Of a DNA stretch of 46,857 nucleotides, positions 37,488 through 46,857 are shown one piece after another. Location: NCBI GenBank assembly GCA_902475745.1, contig CABSAW010000001.1:1-46857 (forward strand). Reading direction: 5' to 3'. The first letter of the stretch is position 1, and each line of letters opens with the position of its first letter. Under the pieces are notes generated by a model, which saw only the letters and a list, made by a program, of their open reading frames with translations, did not search any database and was not told where the DNA came from. The translations under genes and the position numbers were made by a program. Source of the DNA: an uncultured Oscillospiraceae bacterium (GTDB taxonomy: Bacteria > Bacillota > Clostridia > Oscillospirales > Oscillospiraceae).

Positions 37488-38792
37488 ATGGAACGTAAAA
37501 CACTGGAAAAAAACGAAAAATCCCGGGATCATGCGGTGCTGGTGGGCTTGCGCTCACCGGTGCTGGCGGAGGACAGTGCCGATGAGGAGAGCCTGATGGA
37601 GCTTTCCGAGCTGGTGGATACGGCGGGCGGCGATACGGCGGGCATCATTCTGCAAAGCCGGGAGAAGCCGGACCCCCACAGCTTCATCGGCGAGGGCAAG
37701 GTAGAGGAAGTCAAGCGCATGGTGGACAATGAACAGGCCACCATGGTGATTTTTGATAACGAGCTTTCCCCCTCACAGATTCGCGTGCTGACTGAGCTGC
37801 TGGGCGTGCAGGTCATCGACCGCAGCGGCCTGATTCTGGATATTTTTGCCCAGCGGGCGCGGACGAAGGAGGGCTGCCTGCAAGTAGAGTTGGCCCAGTA
37901 CCAGTACCTTCTGCCCCGACTGATCGGCATGTGGAGCCATCTGGAGCGTCAGGGCGGTACCGGCGGCTCCCCCATCGGCACCAAAGGCCCCGGCGAGACC
38001 CAGCTGGAGACGGACCGCCGCCATATCCGCCGCAAGATCGACAAGCTGAAGGACGAGCTGGAGGAGGTGCGCCGCGTCCGCGCCACCCAGCGCCAGCGCC
38101 GCAGCAAGAACGAGATCCCGGTGGTGGCCATTGTGGGCTATACCAATGCCGGCAAGTCCACGCTGCTCAACGCCATCACCGGCTCGGATATCCCGGCCAA
38201 TAACCGCCTGTTCGACACGCTGGATACCACCACCCGCCTGTTGACGGTCAGCGATACGCTGGACGTGGTGATTTCCGACACGGTGGGCTTTATCCGCAAG
38301 CTGCCCCACCAACTGGTGGAGGCCTTCAAGGCCACGCTGGAGGAGCTGGAATATGCCGACCTGCTGCTGCATGTCATCGATTCATCCAATGTGCAGTGGC
38401 GTCAACAGGCACAGACGGTGGACAGCCTGATTCACGAGCTGGGCGCTGATACCATCCCCTGCATCCGGGTGTATAACAAGTCCGACCTCAGCTTCCCTGA
38501 CGAGCGGGCGAAAGAAGAGGACGCGGTGGCCATCTCTGCCAAAACCGGCGAGGGGATTCCCCAGCTGCTGGCGCTGATCGACAGAAAGCTGGACAAGGGC
38601 ACCCGGCGTGTAACGCTGCACCTGCCGTATGATAAAGCCGGCGCGCTGGACAGCCTGTACCGTGAGGCCAAGGTGGAAAGCGTAGAATACGGCGCCACGG
38701 TGGACGTGGTGGCGGTATGCAATCCCCGCCTGCTGGGGCAGCTGAAGGATTATGTGGAAGGCTGGCAGCCGCCTAAGGAGGACTGGGAATGA
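37488..38792 (+). CDS. hflX: GTPase HflX
   Basis: GPGETQLETDRR, GYTNAGKSTL, DTVGFI and NKSD. Confidence 0.96.
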   Translation: MERKTLEKNEKSRDHAVLVGLRSPVLAEDSADEESLMELSELVDTAGGDTAGIILQSREKPDPHSFIGEGKVEEVKRMVDNEQATMVIFDNELSPSQIRVLTELLGVQVIDRSGLILDIFAQRARTKEGCLQVELAQYQYLLPRLIGMWSHLERQGGTGGSPIGTKGPGETQLETDRRHIRRKIDKLKDELEEVRRVRATQRQRRSKNEIPVVAIVGYTNAGKSTLLNAITGSDIPANNRLFDTLDTTTRLLTVSDTLDVVISDTVGFIRKLPHQLVEAFKATLEELEYADLLLHVIDSSNVQWRQQAQTVDSLIHELGADTIPCIRVYNKSDLSFPDERAKEEDAVAISAKTGEGIPQLLALIDRKLDKGTRRVTLHLPYDKAGALDSLYREAKVESVEYGATVDVVAVCNPRLLGQLKDYVEGWQPPKEDWE

Positions 38793-39421
38793 ACGGGTTT
38801 CGCATACCTTTTCAGGCGGCGGAAAGCGAATTCACGGAAAAGCGCTCCCGTTTTATTGGCTATGTGCAGCCTGTAGAAACGGAAGAGGAGGCACGGGCCT
38901 TTATTGCCCGGATCAAAAAGCAGCACTATGATGCACGGCATAACTGCTGGTGCTATCTCATCGGCGAGAACACCGTCCGCTATAGTGACGACGGCGAGCC
39001 GCAGGGCACGGCGGGACAGCCGATGCTCAATGTGTTCCAGCGGGAGGGCGTGACCAACGCGGTGTGTGTGGTGACCCGGTATTTCGGCGGTATCCTGCTG
39101 GGAGCGGGCGGGCTGACCCGCGCCTACTCCAAGGGGGCGCGTGATGCCCTGTCCGTGGCGGGCGTGGCGGAAATGGGGGCATGGGCGCGGCTGCGGGTGC
39201 CCTGCACCTATGCGCTGTTTGAGCGGGTCAAGCTGGAGATCGAGAGCTGCGGCGGCGTTGTGGATGATGTACAGTACGCGGCGGACGTAGCGTTGACCGT
39301 TTCGCTTCCGGCAGAGCGGAGGGAGAAGCTCTGCCGGTGTCTGACAGAGCTTTCCGCCGGTGCCATCGTGGTGGAGCTGCTGGCGGAGGAATATCGTCCC
39401 GGCCCGCGAGTGGACATATAA
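38789..39421 (+). CDS. yigZ: YigZ/IMPACT family protein
   Basis: SDDGEPQGTAGQPML and VVTRYFGGILLGAGGL.RAY. Confidence 0.93.
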   Translation: MNGFRIPFQAAESEFTEKRSRFIGYVQPVETEEEARAFIARIKKQHYDARHNCWCYLIGENTVRYSDDGEPQGTAGQPMLNVFQREGVTNAVCVVTRYFGGILLGAGGLTRAYSKGARDALSVAGVAEMGAWARLRVPCTYALFERVKLEIESCGGVVDDVQYAADVALTVSLPAERREKLCRCLTELSAGAIVVELLAEEYRPGPRVDI

Positions 39422-39458
39422 AACAGGCAATATACGCAATGTACGCAACAATATACGC

Positions 39459-39492
39459 AAAAAAGAGACCGTCCTGGGACGGTCTCTTTTTT
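39459..39492. terminator. Bidirectional terminator
   Basis: AAAAAAGAGACCGTCC..GGACGGTCTCTTTTTT. Confidence 0.85.
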
Positions 39493-39868
39493 ATTTCTCT
39501 CGCTTGCCCAGCTGGGCATGGCGCTTGATAGCCTGAAACGATTCATCGCTGATGATATGCTCCATCTTGCAGGCATCCTCGGCGGCGATGTCAGGTGATA
39601 CGCCCAGACGCACCAGAAACTGTGTCAGCAGCGTATGGCGCTCATAGATGGTTTCGGCCACCTCGCGGCCCGGCTCCAGCAGTGTAATGTAGCCGTTCTC
39701 GTCCACCTTGATATAGCCGCCACTTTTCAGAAGACCCATGGCCCGGCTGACGCTGGGCTTGGAATACCCCATATATTCGCCCACGTCGATGGCGCGAACG
39801 TGCGGCGAGCGACTGGTCAGCACCAGAATGGTTTCCAGATACATCTCGCCGGATTCCTGCAAATGCAT
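39491..39868 (-). CDS. DtxR/MntR family metal-dependent regulator
   Basis: ESGEMYLETI, SKPSVSRA, IYERH and DACKMEHIIS. Confidence 0.92.
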   Translation of the reverse strand: MHLQESGEMYLETILVLTSRSPHVRAIDVGEYMGYSKPSVSRAMGLLKSGGYIKVDENGYITLLEPGREVAETIYERHTLLTQFLVRLGVSPDIAAEDACKMEHIISDESFQAIKRHAQLGKREK

Positions 39869-39949
39869 GTGATCACTCCTTGCCTGTATTCCCTGCCAGT
39901 ATAACACAGCCGTGGCCTACATGCAAGTTACGTTTTGCTAATTGCAAAA

Positions 39950-41134
39950 TTACATGCCCAGCGCGGCCTTCAGCGCCTCCGCGCGGTCGGTCTTTTCCCA
40001 TGCCACATTCAGATCCTCGCGGCCCATGTGGCCATAGGCGGCCAGCTGACGGTAGATGGGACGGCGCAGATCCAGATCACGGATGATAGCGGTGGGGCGC
40101 AGGTCAAAGACCTTCTCCACAGCGGCCTCCAGCTTGTCGTCGGCCACCACGCCGGTGCCGAAGGTCTCCACCAGCACGCTGACGGGACGGGCCACGCCGA
40201 TGGCGTAGGCCAGCTGCACCTGGCACTTCTTGGCAAGACCGGCGGCCACCACGTTCTTGGCCACCCAGCGGGCGGCGTAGGCGGCGGAGCGGTCCACCTT
40301 GGTGGGATCCTTGCCGGAGAAGGCGCCGCCGCCGTGGGGAGCGCTGCCGCCGTAGGTATCCACAATGATCTTGCGGCCGGTGAGACCGGTATCGGCGGCG
40401 GGGCCGCCGTTGACGAAGCGGCCGGTGGGGTTGACGTAGATCTTCGTGTCGCCGTCCAGCAGATGGGCGGGGACGGTGGGTTTGATGACCAGCTCGATCA
40501 TATCCTTGCGGATCTGCTCCAGAGAGACATCGGGGCTGTGCTGGGTGGACAGCACCACGGTGTCCACGCGGATGGGTGCGCCGTTCTCATCGTACTCCAC
40601 GGTGATCTGGGTCTTGCCGTCGGGACGCAGATAGTCCACCAGACCCTGCTTGCGCACGTCGGTCAGGCGCTTTGCCATCTTCTGGGCGATGGAGATAGCC
40701 AGCGGCATCAGCTCCGGCGTCTCGTCGCAGGCGTAGCCGAACATCATGCCCTGGTCGCCGGCGCCGTTGTCCAGCTCGTCGTGACCGGCCTCCTTGGCCT
40801 CCAAAGACTTGTCCACGCCCATTGCAATATCACCGGACTGCTCGTCAATGTTGGTGATAACAGCGCAGGTATTGCAGTCAAAGCCATAGGCGGCGTTGTC
40901 ATAGCCGATGTCGCGGATCACCTCGCGGGCGATCTTGGCGATGTCCACATAGCAGTTGGTGGTAATCTCGCCCATGATGTGGATCAGACCCGTGGATGCG
41001 GTGGTCTCGCAGGCCACGCGGCCATTGGGGTCCTTTTCAAAGATAGCGTCCAGTACCGCGTCGCTGATCTGGTCGCAGATTTTATCGGGATGCCCCTCGG
41101 TAACAGATTCGGAAGTAAACAGATGCTTTGCCAT
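39950..41134 (-). CDS. metK: S-adenosylmethionine synthetase
   Basis: [19 protein letters not shown] and [16 protein letters not shown]. Confidence 0.98.
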   Translation of the reverse strand: MAKHLFTSESVTEGHPDKICDQISDAVLDAIFEKDPNGRVACETTASTGLIHIMGEITTNCYVDIAKIAREVIRDIGYDNAAYGFDCNTCAVITNIDEQSGDIAMGVDKSLEAKEAGHDELDNGAGDQGMMFGYACDETPELMPLAISIAQKMAKRLTDVRKQGLVDYLRPDGKTQITVEYDENGAPIRVDTVVLSTQHSPDVSLEQIRKDMIELVIKPTVPAHLLDGDTKIYVNPTGRFVNGGPAADTGLTGRKIIVDTYGGSAPHGGGAFSGKDPTKVDRSAAYAARWVAKNVVAAGLAKKCQVQLAYAIGVARPVSVLVETFGTGVVADDKLEAAVEKVFDLRPTAIIRDLDLRRPIYRQLAAYGHMGREDLNVAWEKTDRAEALKAALGM

Positions 41135-41214
41135 GATTTTGATCTCCTTTCATTTGGGAAACGCAACAAAAAAGCGCCCTGCCTGAATCGACAGAGTGCT
41201 GGACTTTGGCCTTT

Positions 41215-41306
41215 CCTCATCTTTCGATTCATCGTCGGATTTGGCACCTTGAAAAACAGGTTGCCGTGGTTTCATTGGGCCGTTCCCTCCGCCACTCTTG
41301 ATAAGG
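41215..41306 (-). ncRNA. SAM-I (S-box) riboswitch
   Basis: CCTTATCAAGAG..GGAGGGA..GGCCC.ATGAAACC.CGGCAACC..AAGGTGCCAAATCC..GAAAGATGAGG, followed by a hairpin and U-tract at about 41200-41166, upstream of metK. Confidence 0.95.
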
Positions 41307-41545
41307 TATGAAATTGTCTGGGGTATTTGCTCAACTTAATTCTACCATCTTTGTCACGATTGTCAATAGAAAAGTATGAATTTTTTGTAAAATCACGAAA
41401 AAGGGGGTGATACCGGCAAAAGCCTCCCCATGAAAGGGGAGGCGTAAAGACGTTACATTTGAAAAGGGGCTGCCTGAAGACGGTACGGCGAAGGCCGGGG
41501 TGTTGTGCCGGGATCGGGATGCAGAACATGGGCGGCGGCGTGCGC

Positions 41546-42745
41546 TTATACGCTCCGTCCGGCCGCCCGTCCGCTGCTCCACGCCCATTGCAGATTGTAG
41601 CCGCCGCAGTCGCCGTCAATGTCCAGCACCTCGCCGCAGGCGTAAAATCCGGGAACCAGACGGCTCTCCATCGTGTGGGGGTCAAACTCATCGCACCGCA
41701 GGCCGCCAGCCGTCACCTGCGCCTGATCGAAGCCGCAAACGCCGGTGATAGGCAGGGAAAAGCCCACGGCCTGCGCCGCAATTTGCTGCAGCGCGCCGTC
41801 GTGCAGCGTGGCGGCGCTTTGACTGGTGAAGCCTGCCGCCTTGCACACCATCTGTCCCAGACGGGAATGGAGCGCGCCGGTCAGCAGCGTACCGGCCTCC
41901 CGGTCTCCCGCGCACTCACGCCGCTGCCGCAGCCAGTCCAGCACCTCCCGCTGCTCCCAGTCAGGGAAAAAGTTCAGCACGCAGCACAGTGCGCCGCCGC
42001 TTGTCGCTACAGCGCGGGAGATATCGAAAATCGCCGGGCCGCTGACGCCGTATTCGGTAAACAGCACCTCGCCGCGGTTTTGCGCCACCGTCTCGCTGTC
42101 CCGGCGGATGGTGATGCCGCACTCGGCCTTAATCCCCTTCAGCGCCCGGGGATAGGTGGGCTCGGTCTTGATTTGCACCAGCGAGGGGTATAGCGCCGTG
42201 CGGTGATGGCCCAGACTCTTGGCCAGCTGATAGCCGTCCATCACGCCGCCTACCTTACCGCCTGCCGCGCCGCCCGCCGCCAGAATCACCCGGTCGGCGG
42301 TGAAGTCCTCGCCGCTCTCGGTGCGGACGAAAAAGAGATCCCCCTTTTTTCGGATACCTGTGGCCGGACAGCCGGTGCGCAGCGCGATCCCGTGGCCTTC
42401 CAGCGCAAAGCGCAGCACGTCCAGCACGCTGCCCGCCATATTGCTGAAGGGATAGACCCGCCCGCTGTCCTCCGCCGTGGTAAGCAGGCCCAGTCCGGCA
42501 AAGTACTGCAGCGTGCTTCCCACATCAAAGGCGGCCAGGGCATGACCGCAGAAATCCTGCCCGCCGTGGTAGTGGGCGGGGGAGACGTGGTGATTTGTCA
42601 GGTTGCACCGTCCGTTGCCGGTGGCCATCAACTTGCGGCCTACCCGCGCCTGCCGCTCCAGCAGCGTCACGGCATGGCCATTTTCCGCCGCCGTCAGCGC
42701 CGCCATCATTCCGGCGGCTCCACCGCCGATCACCAGTACGTTCAT
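41546..42745 (-). CDS. HI0933/BaiN family flavoprotein
   Basis: GGGAAGM, GRKLMATGNGRCNLTN, AQVTAGG and GEVLDIDGDCGGYNLQWAWSSG. Confidence 0.93.
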   Translation of the reverse strand: MNVLVIGGGAAGMMAALTAAENGHAVTLLERQARVGRKLMATGNGRCNLTNHHVSPAHYHGGQDFCGHALAAFDVGSTLQYFAGLGLLTTAEDSGRVYPFSNMAGSVLDVLRFALEGHGIALRTGCPATGIRKKGDLFFVRTESGEDFTADRVILAAGGAAGGKVGGVMDGYQLAKSLGHHRTALYPSLVQIKTEPTYPRALKGIKAECGITIRRDSETVAQNRGEVLFTEYGVSGPAIFDISRAVATSGGALCCVLNFFPDWEQREVLDWLRQRRECAGDREAGTLLTGALHSRLGQMVCKAAGFTSQSAATLHDGALQQIAAQAVGFSLPITGVCGFDQAQVTAGGLRCDEFDPHTMESRLVPGFYACGEVLDIDGDCGGYNLQWAWSSGRAAGRSV

Positions 42746-43167
42746 GCCTGCCGCTCCCATCGTTTCCTAGTCAGATAACCCTCCAGCATCAGGGAGGCCG
42801 CCACCGCATCCACCGTCTTTTTCCGCTGCTTGCCGTTTTTGCCGTTGTTGAACAAAATGGCGTGGGCCTCCACGGTGCTGCGCCGCTCATCCCACAGTGT
42901 CACCTGCAAGCCCGTTGCCTCGCGCAGCGTTTCGGCGTAGGCGGCGCATTTTTCCGCCCGGGGTCCCAGCGTGCCGTCCATATTCTTGGGATAACCCAAC
43001 ACCAGCTCCGTTACGCCGTGTTCCTGAATCAGGCGGCAGATCTCCTCCGTTACCACCTCTGCCTTGCGGCTGTTGATCACGGTGGAGTACCCTGCCAGCG
43101 TCAGCGTAGCATCGGAAAGTGCCACACCGGTATGGGCGTCGCCATAGTCGATGGCCATGATCTTCAT
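42742..43167 (-). CDS. ruvX: RuvX/YqgF pre-16S rRNA nuclease
   Basis: MAIDYG..GVALSD, LGYPKNMDG, WDERRST and VDAVAA. Confidence 0.93.
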   Translation of the reverse strand: MKIMAIDYGDAHTGVALSDATLTLAGYSTVINSRKAEVVTEEICRLIQEHGVTELVLGYPKNMDGTLGPRAEKCAAYAETLREATGLQVTLWDERRSTVEAHAILFNNGKNGKQRKKTVDAVAASLMLEGYLTRKRWERQA

Positions 43168-43471
43168 ATCGCTTTCTCCTTGAAACGGTATATTTTCCCG
43201 TCTATCATACCGCGTTTTGACCGCTTGCGCAACCGTTGATTGAAGAAAGCTGCCCCAACAGCGAAAAAAACAGAAAAATCCGCGAAAAATCACCCAAAAA
43301 GAGGTTGACCTGCCGATGAAACTATGGTATAGTGAGCATTACCTGTGAGTAGGTGCTTTCTTTTTGCGCGTTTTTTCGCTTTGGACGCGGGGGAGAAACA
43401 TCCGCAACAACAGGGAGGCAAACGGGCAGCCCATAGAGGGACAGCCTAATCTAATAAGGAGGTGCCGTTAC

Positions 43472-43621
43472 ATGCGCGTGAAAATCACTCTCAGATGCAA
43501 CGAGTGCAAGCAGAGAAATTACAACACGATGAAGAACAAGAAGAATACCCCTGACAAGCTTGAGCTGAACAAGTATTGCCCCTTCTGCAGAAAGCACACC
43601 GTCCACACCGAGACGAAGTAA
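43472..43621 (+). CDS. rpmG: 50S ribosomal protein L33
   Basis: [33 protein letters not shown]. Confidence 0.97.
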   Translation: MRVKITLRCNECKQRNYNTMKNKKNTPDKLELNKYCPFCRKHTVHTETK

Positions 43622-43639
43622 TCGGAAGGAGAAACTGCA

Positions 43640-43849
43640 ATGGCTGAAGAAAAGAAAGTCAAGGATCGCGGCCGCTGGTTCCGCGAAATGAAAAGCGAGC
43701 TGAAGAAGGTCGTGTGGCCTACCGGCAAGGAGACCATGAAGAACACCGGCACGGTGCTTCTGTGCTCTGTGCTTGTCGGCGCCTTTATCTGGATCTTCGA
43801 TGCGGTCGCCGTTCTGGCGGTCAACACGCTGATCGGCCTGTTCGCGTAA
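43640..43849 (+). CDS. secE: Preprotein translocase subunit SecE
   Basis: ELKKVVWPT followed by a TM helix. Confidence 0.95.
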   Translation: MAEEKKVKDRGRWFREMKSELKKVVWPTGKETMKNTGTVLLCSVLVGAFIWIFDAVAVLAVNTLIGLFA

Positions 43850-43859
43850 GGAGCGTAAC

Positions 43860-44384
43860 ATGGCTGATAATGCGAAGTGGTATGTGATCCATACCTATTC
43901 CGGCTACGAAAACGCGGTAAAAGCCGCCATCGAGAAGTCTGTGACCAACCTCCACTGCGAGGACATGGTTCTGCGCATGGAGATTCCCATGGAGACCGTG
44001 ACGGAAGTGACCGAATCGGGCGTCATGAAGGAAGTGGAACGCAAGGTGTTCCCCGGTTATGTGCTCATCAAGATGGTGCTGACCGATGAAACGTGGCACA
44101 TTATCCGCAACATCCGCGGCGTGACCGGCTTTGTGGGCGAGGCTAACAAGGCCATTCCTCTCACCGAGGAAGAGGTGCGTCAGATGTCGCTGGAAAAGCA
44201 CGAGATCGTGGTGAAGTACAACGTGGGCGAGACTGTGAAGATCACAGACGGCCCGCTGGCCAGCTTTACCGGTATCGTGGAGGAGATCGATCCCGAGAAG
44301 AACAAGGTTCGCGTGGTGGTCTCCATGTTTGGCAGAGAAACGCCTGTGGAGCTGGAGCTCGATCAGGTGGAGGTCCTGTCCTGA
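43860..44384 (+). CDS. nusG: Transcription antitermination factor NusG
   Basis: [20 protein letters not shown] motif and [10 protein letters not shown]. Confidence 0.97.
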   Translation: MADNAKWYVIHTYSGYENAVKAAIEKSVTNLHCEDMVLRMEIPMETVTEVTESGVMKEVERKVFPGYVLIKMVLTDETWHIIRNIRGVTGFVGEANKAIPLTEEEVRQMSLEKHEIVVKYNVGETVKITDGPLASFTGIVEEIDPEKNKVRVVVSMFGRETPVELELDQVEVLS

Positions 44385-44406
44385 CGCGCGGCAGTTATCC
44401 GCGCAA

Positions 44407-44474
44407 GTGGGAGAGACGCCAAAGGTGCGCGTCTCGCCAAGAGCGGTTCCGGTGCGCGACCGGCCGCTACCACA
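44407..44474 (+). promoter_or_regulatory. Putative L1-binding leader of rplK-rplA
   Basis: GTGGGAG...ACCAC closing element enclosing two hairpins. Confidence 0.5.
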
Positions 44475-44498
44475 TTTTATTAAAGGAGGTGCCTTAAA

Positions 44499-44924
44499 AT
44501 GGCACAGAAAGTCGTTGGTTATGTGAAGCTGCAGATTCCTGCAGGCAAAGCAACTCCCGCTCCCCCCGTTGGCCCCGCTCTGGGTCAGCACGGCATCAAC
44601 ATTGCCGCCTTTACCAAGGAATTTAACGAGCGTACCAAGAATGACATGGGCCTGATCATCCCCGTGGTGATCACCGTCTATGCTGACCGTTCTTTCTCTT
44701 TCGTCACCAAGACTCCCCCCGCTGCCGTCCTCATCAAGAAGGAATGCAACATCGAGTCCGGTTCCGGCGTGCCCAACAAGGAGAAGGTCGCCACCATCTC
44801 CAAGGCTTCCATCCAGAAGATCGCCGAGCTGAAGATGCGCGATCTGAACGCTGCTTCTCTGGAAGCCGCCATGAGCATGATCGCCGGCACCGCCCGTTCC
44901 ATGGGCGTTGTCGTCGGCGAGTAA
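44499..44924 (+). CDS. rplK: 50S ribosomal protein L11
   Basis: [23 protein letters not shown]. Confidence 0.98.
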   Translation: MAQKVVGYVKLQIPAGKATPAPPVGPALGQHGINIAAFTKEFNERTKNDMGLIIPVVITVYADRSFSFVTKTPPAAVLIKKECNIESGSGVPNKEKVATISKASIQKIAELKMRDLNAASLEAAMSMIAGTARSMGVVVGE

Positions 44925-44937
44925 GGAGGGTGTAACG

Positions 44938-45630
44938 ATGTTTAGAGGTAAGAAGTATCAGGAAAGCGCCAAGCAGATCGATAAGGCCACGCTGTATGAT
45001 CCCAAGGAGGGTCTGGAGCTGATCTGCAAGACTGCCAGCGCTAAGTTCGATGAGACCGTCGAGCTCCACGTCAAGCTGGGTGTTGACTCCCGTCACGCCG
45101 ACCAGCAGGTCCGCGGCGCCATCGTGCTGCCCAACGGTACCGGTAAGTCCGTCCGCGTGCTGGTGTTCGCCAAGGGCGACAAGGCCGAGGCTGCCAAGGC
45201 CGCCGGCGCCGACTATGTGGGCGATATGGATCTGGTGGAAAAGATCCAGAAGGAAAACTGGTTCGACTTCGACGTGGTGGTCGCTACTCCCGACATGATG
45301 GGCGTGGTGGGCCGTCTGGGTAAGGTTCTGGGCCCCAAGGGTCTGATGCCCTCTCCCAAGTCCGGCACCGTGACCCCCGACGCCGCCAAGGCTGTCACCG
45401 AGGCGAAGGCCGGTAAGGTGGAGTATCGTCTGGACAAGACCAACATCATCCACTGCCCCATCGGCAAGGTGTCCTTCGGCGCCGACAAGCTGTATGAGAA
45501 CTATGCCGCTCTGATGGGCGCCATTCTCAAGGCCAAGCCCGCCGCTGCCAAGGGTCAGTACGTCAAGTCCTGCGTGGCCGCGTCCACCATGGGCCCCGGC
45601 GTGAAGATGAACGCCCAGAAGCAGCTGTAA
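44938..45630 (+). CDS. rplA: 50S ribosomal protein L1
   Basis: [33 protein letters not shown]. Confidence 0.98.
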   Translation: MFRGKKYQESAKQIDKATLYDPKEGLELICKTASAKFDETVELHVKLGVDSRHADQQVRGAIVLPNGTGKSVRVLVFAKGDKAEAAKAAGADYVGDMDLVEKIQKENWFDFDVVVATPDMMGVVGRLGKVLGPKGLMPSPKSGTVTPDAAKAVTEAKAGKVEYRLDKTNIIHCPIGKVSFGADKLYENYAALMGAILKAKPAAAKGQYVKSCVAASTMGPGVKMNAQKQL

Positions 45631-45677
45631 TCTTTCTACAAAAGAGTTAAAACAGCGCAATTTTTGATATCTTTTGC

Positions 45678-45706
45678 TTGACAAGCTGTCCGGCAATGGA
45701 TATAAT
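45678..45706 (+). promoter_or_regulatory. Sigma-A promoter of rplJL
   Basis: TTGACA-17-TATAAT. Confidence 0.9.
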
Positions 45707-45718
45707 ACAAGATGCGTT

Positions 45719-45825
45719 CCAAAGACAGCAGGTGGCCGCATGGCCGTAAGTCCTGCCGAGGATGGCAATAGTTTATGATTGCTGACACCATCCTCATGTC
45801 TTTCCGGCATGGGGATGGTTTTTTC
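45719..45825 (+). ncRNA. L10 leader (attenuator)
   Basis: CCAAAGACAGCAGG..TAAGTCCTGCCGAGG followed by terminator ACCATCCTCATG..CATGGGGATGGTTTTTT. Confidence 0.85.
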
Positions 45826-45897
45826 TCTAAAGAACGCACCTCGTTTCCCGGGCACACAAGGGTGTGCCGCAAAATCTCATGGAGGTGAACAAGAAGA

Positions 45898-46434
45898 ATG
45901 CCCAACGCAAAAGTACTGTCTGAAAAGCAGGCGATCGTGGCGGCTCTGACCGAGAAGGTGCAGAACGCGGCCGCTGGCGTCCTTGTGGATTACAAGGGCA
46001 TCACCGTGGCGGAGGATACCGCGCTGCGCGCCAAGTGCCGTGAAAACGACATCGAGTACACCGTCATCAAGAACACCCTGCTGCGCTTTGCATTCAACAA
46101 CTGCGGTCTGAACGAGCTGGACGATCAGCTCAACGGTACCACTTCTCTGGCCATCTGCGCCAGCGATCCTGTGGCGCCCGCCCGCGTGATTGCTGAGTTT
46201 GCAAAGAAGCTCAATGGCAAGTTCGAGATCAAGGGCGGCTTCATGGACGGCAAGGTCGTTTCCATGGACACCGTCAATGCTCTGGCTTCCATCCCCGCGC
46301 TGCCTGTCCTGCAGGCTCAGGTGCTTGGCACCATGCTGGCGCCCATCTCTGCTCTGGCCTGCGTCATTAAGCAGATTGCCGAGAAGCAGGGTGCGCCCGC
46401 CGAGGCCGCTGCTGAAGAAGCTGCCGCCGAGTAA
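45898..46434 (+). CDS. rplJ: 50S ribosomal protein L10
   Basis: DYKGITVAEDTALR..VIKNTL..IKGGFMDG. Confidence 0.97.
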   Translation: MPNAKVLSEKQAIVAALTEKVQNAAAGVLVDYKGITVAEDTALRAKCRENDIEYTVIKNTLLRFAFNNCGLNELDDQLNGTTSLAICASDPVAPARVIAEFAKKLNGKFEIKGGFMDGKVVSMDTVNALASIPALPVLQAQVLGTMLAPISALACVIKQIAEKQGAPAEAAAEEAAAE

Positions 46435-46487
46435 GCATCCCCCCTATACTAAAACACATTTAATTCTAACAACAGGAGGCTATTACA

Positions 46488-46857
46488 ATGTCTGAGAAAG
46501 TTACTGCTATGATCGAAGAGATCAAGGGTCTGACTGTTCTGGAGCTCAGCGAGCTGGTTCACGCTCTGGAGGAAGTTTTCGGTGTTTCCGCTGCCGCTAT
46601 GGCCGCTCCCGCTGCTGGCGCTGCTGCTCCCGCTGCTGAGGAGAAGACCGAGTTCGACGTGATTCTGACCGGTTTCGACGCTGCTCAGAAGATCAAGGTC
46701 ATCAAGGTCATCCGCGAGGTCATGGGTCTGGGTCTGGCCGAGGCCAAGGCTGCTGTCGAGGGCGCTCCCACCACCATGAAGGAAGCCCTGTCCAAGGAGG
46801 ACGCCGAGGCTCTGAAGAAGCAGGTCGAGGAAGTCGGCGGCAAGGTCGAGCTGAAGT
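46488..46857 (+). CDS. rplL: 50S ribosomal protein L7/L12 (stop codon just beyond window)
   Basis: [57 protein letters not shown]. Confidence 0.96.
   Translation, partial: MSEKVTAMIEEIKGLTVLELSELVHALEEVFGVSAAAMAAPAAGAAAPAAEEKTEFDVILTGFDAAQKIKVIKVIREVMGLGLAEAKAAVEGAPTTMKEALSKEDAEALKKQVEEVGGKVELK

Noticed and set aside
10509..41311. Long antisense ORFs (e.g. 10509-11990, 13024-14451, 22645-24636, 24934-26832, 34614-36968, 39935-41311)
   Set aside because: Shadow frames of real genes in GC-rich DNA, with no motifs of their own

Overview
GC-rich (visually about 60%) chromosomal segment of a spore-forming Clostridia bacterium, most consistent with Oscillospiraceae (inference from gene content and codon style). 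Most of it is housekeeping: spo0A, transporters, cobB, putP, ytvI, cca, murC, trkH, murA, rlmH, pgm, a small nickel module, htpG, addBA, rpmE, hflX, metK with a SAM-I riboswitch, ruvX, and rpmG-secE-nusG-rplKAJL with ribosomal leaders. The accessory part is the first 4.5 kb. It holds tandem palindromic repeats ending in a tRNA-3'-like sequence, each followed by a terminator. These precede an intact, terminator-bounded 7-gene cassette of phage tail-fibre, holin and amidase genes. No integrase, capsid, terminase or tape-measure gene is present in the window, and the cassette lies one gene away from spo0A. This orphan cassette is the best candidate for an undescribed system (domesticated phage module, split GTA/tailocin locus, or simply a remnant). 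Other notable items are an unannotated sRNA/13-aa ORF unit between htpG and addB, an atypical Spo0A receiver motif and several candidate operators. All calls come from reading motifs by eye; no searches were run.
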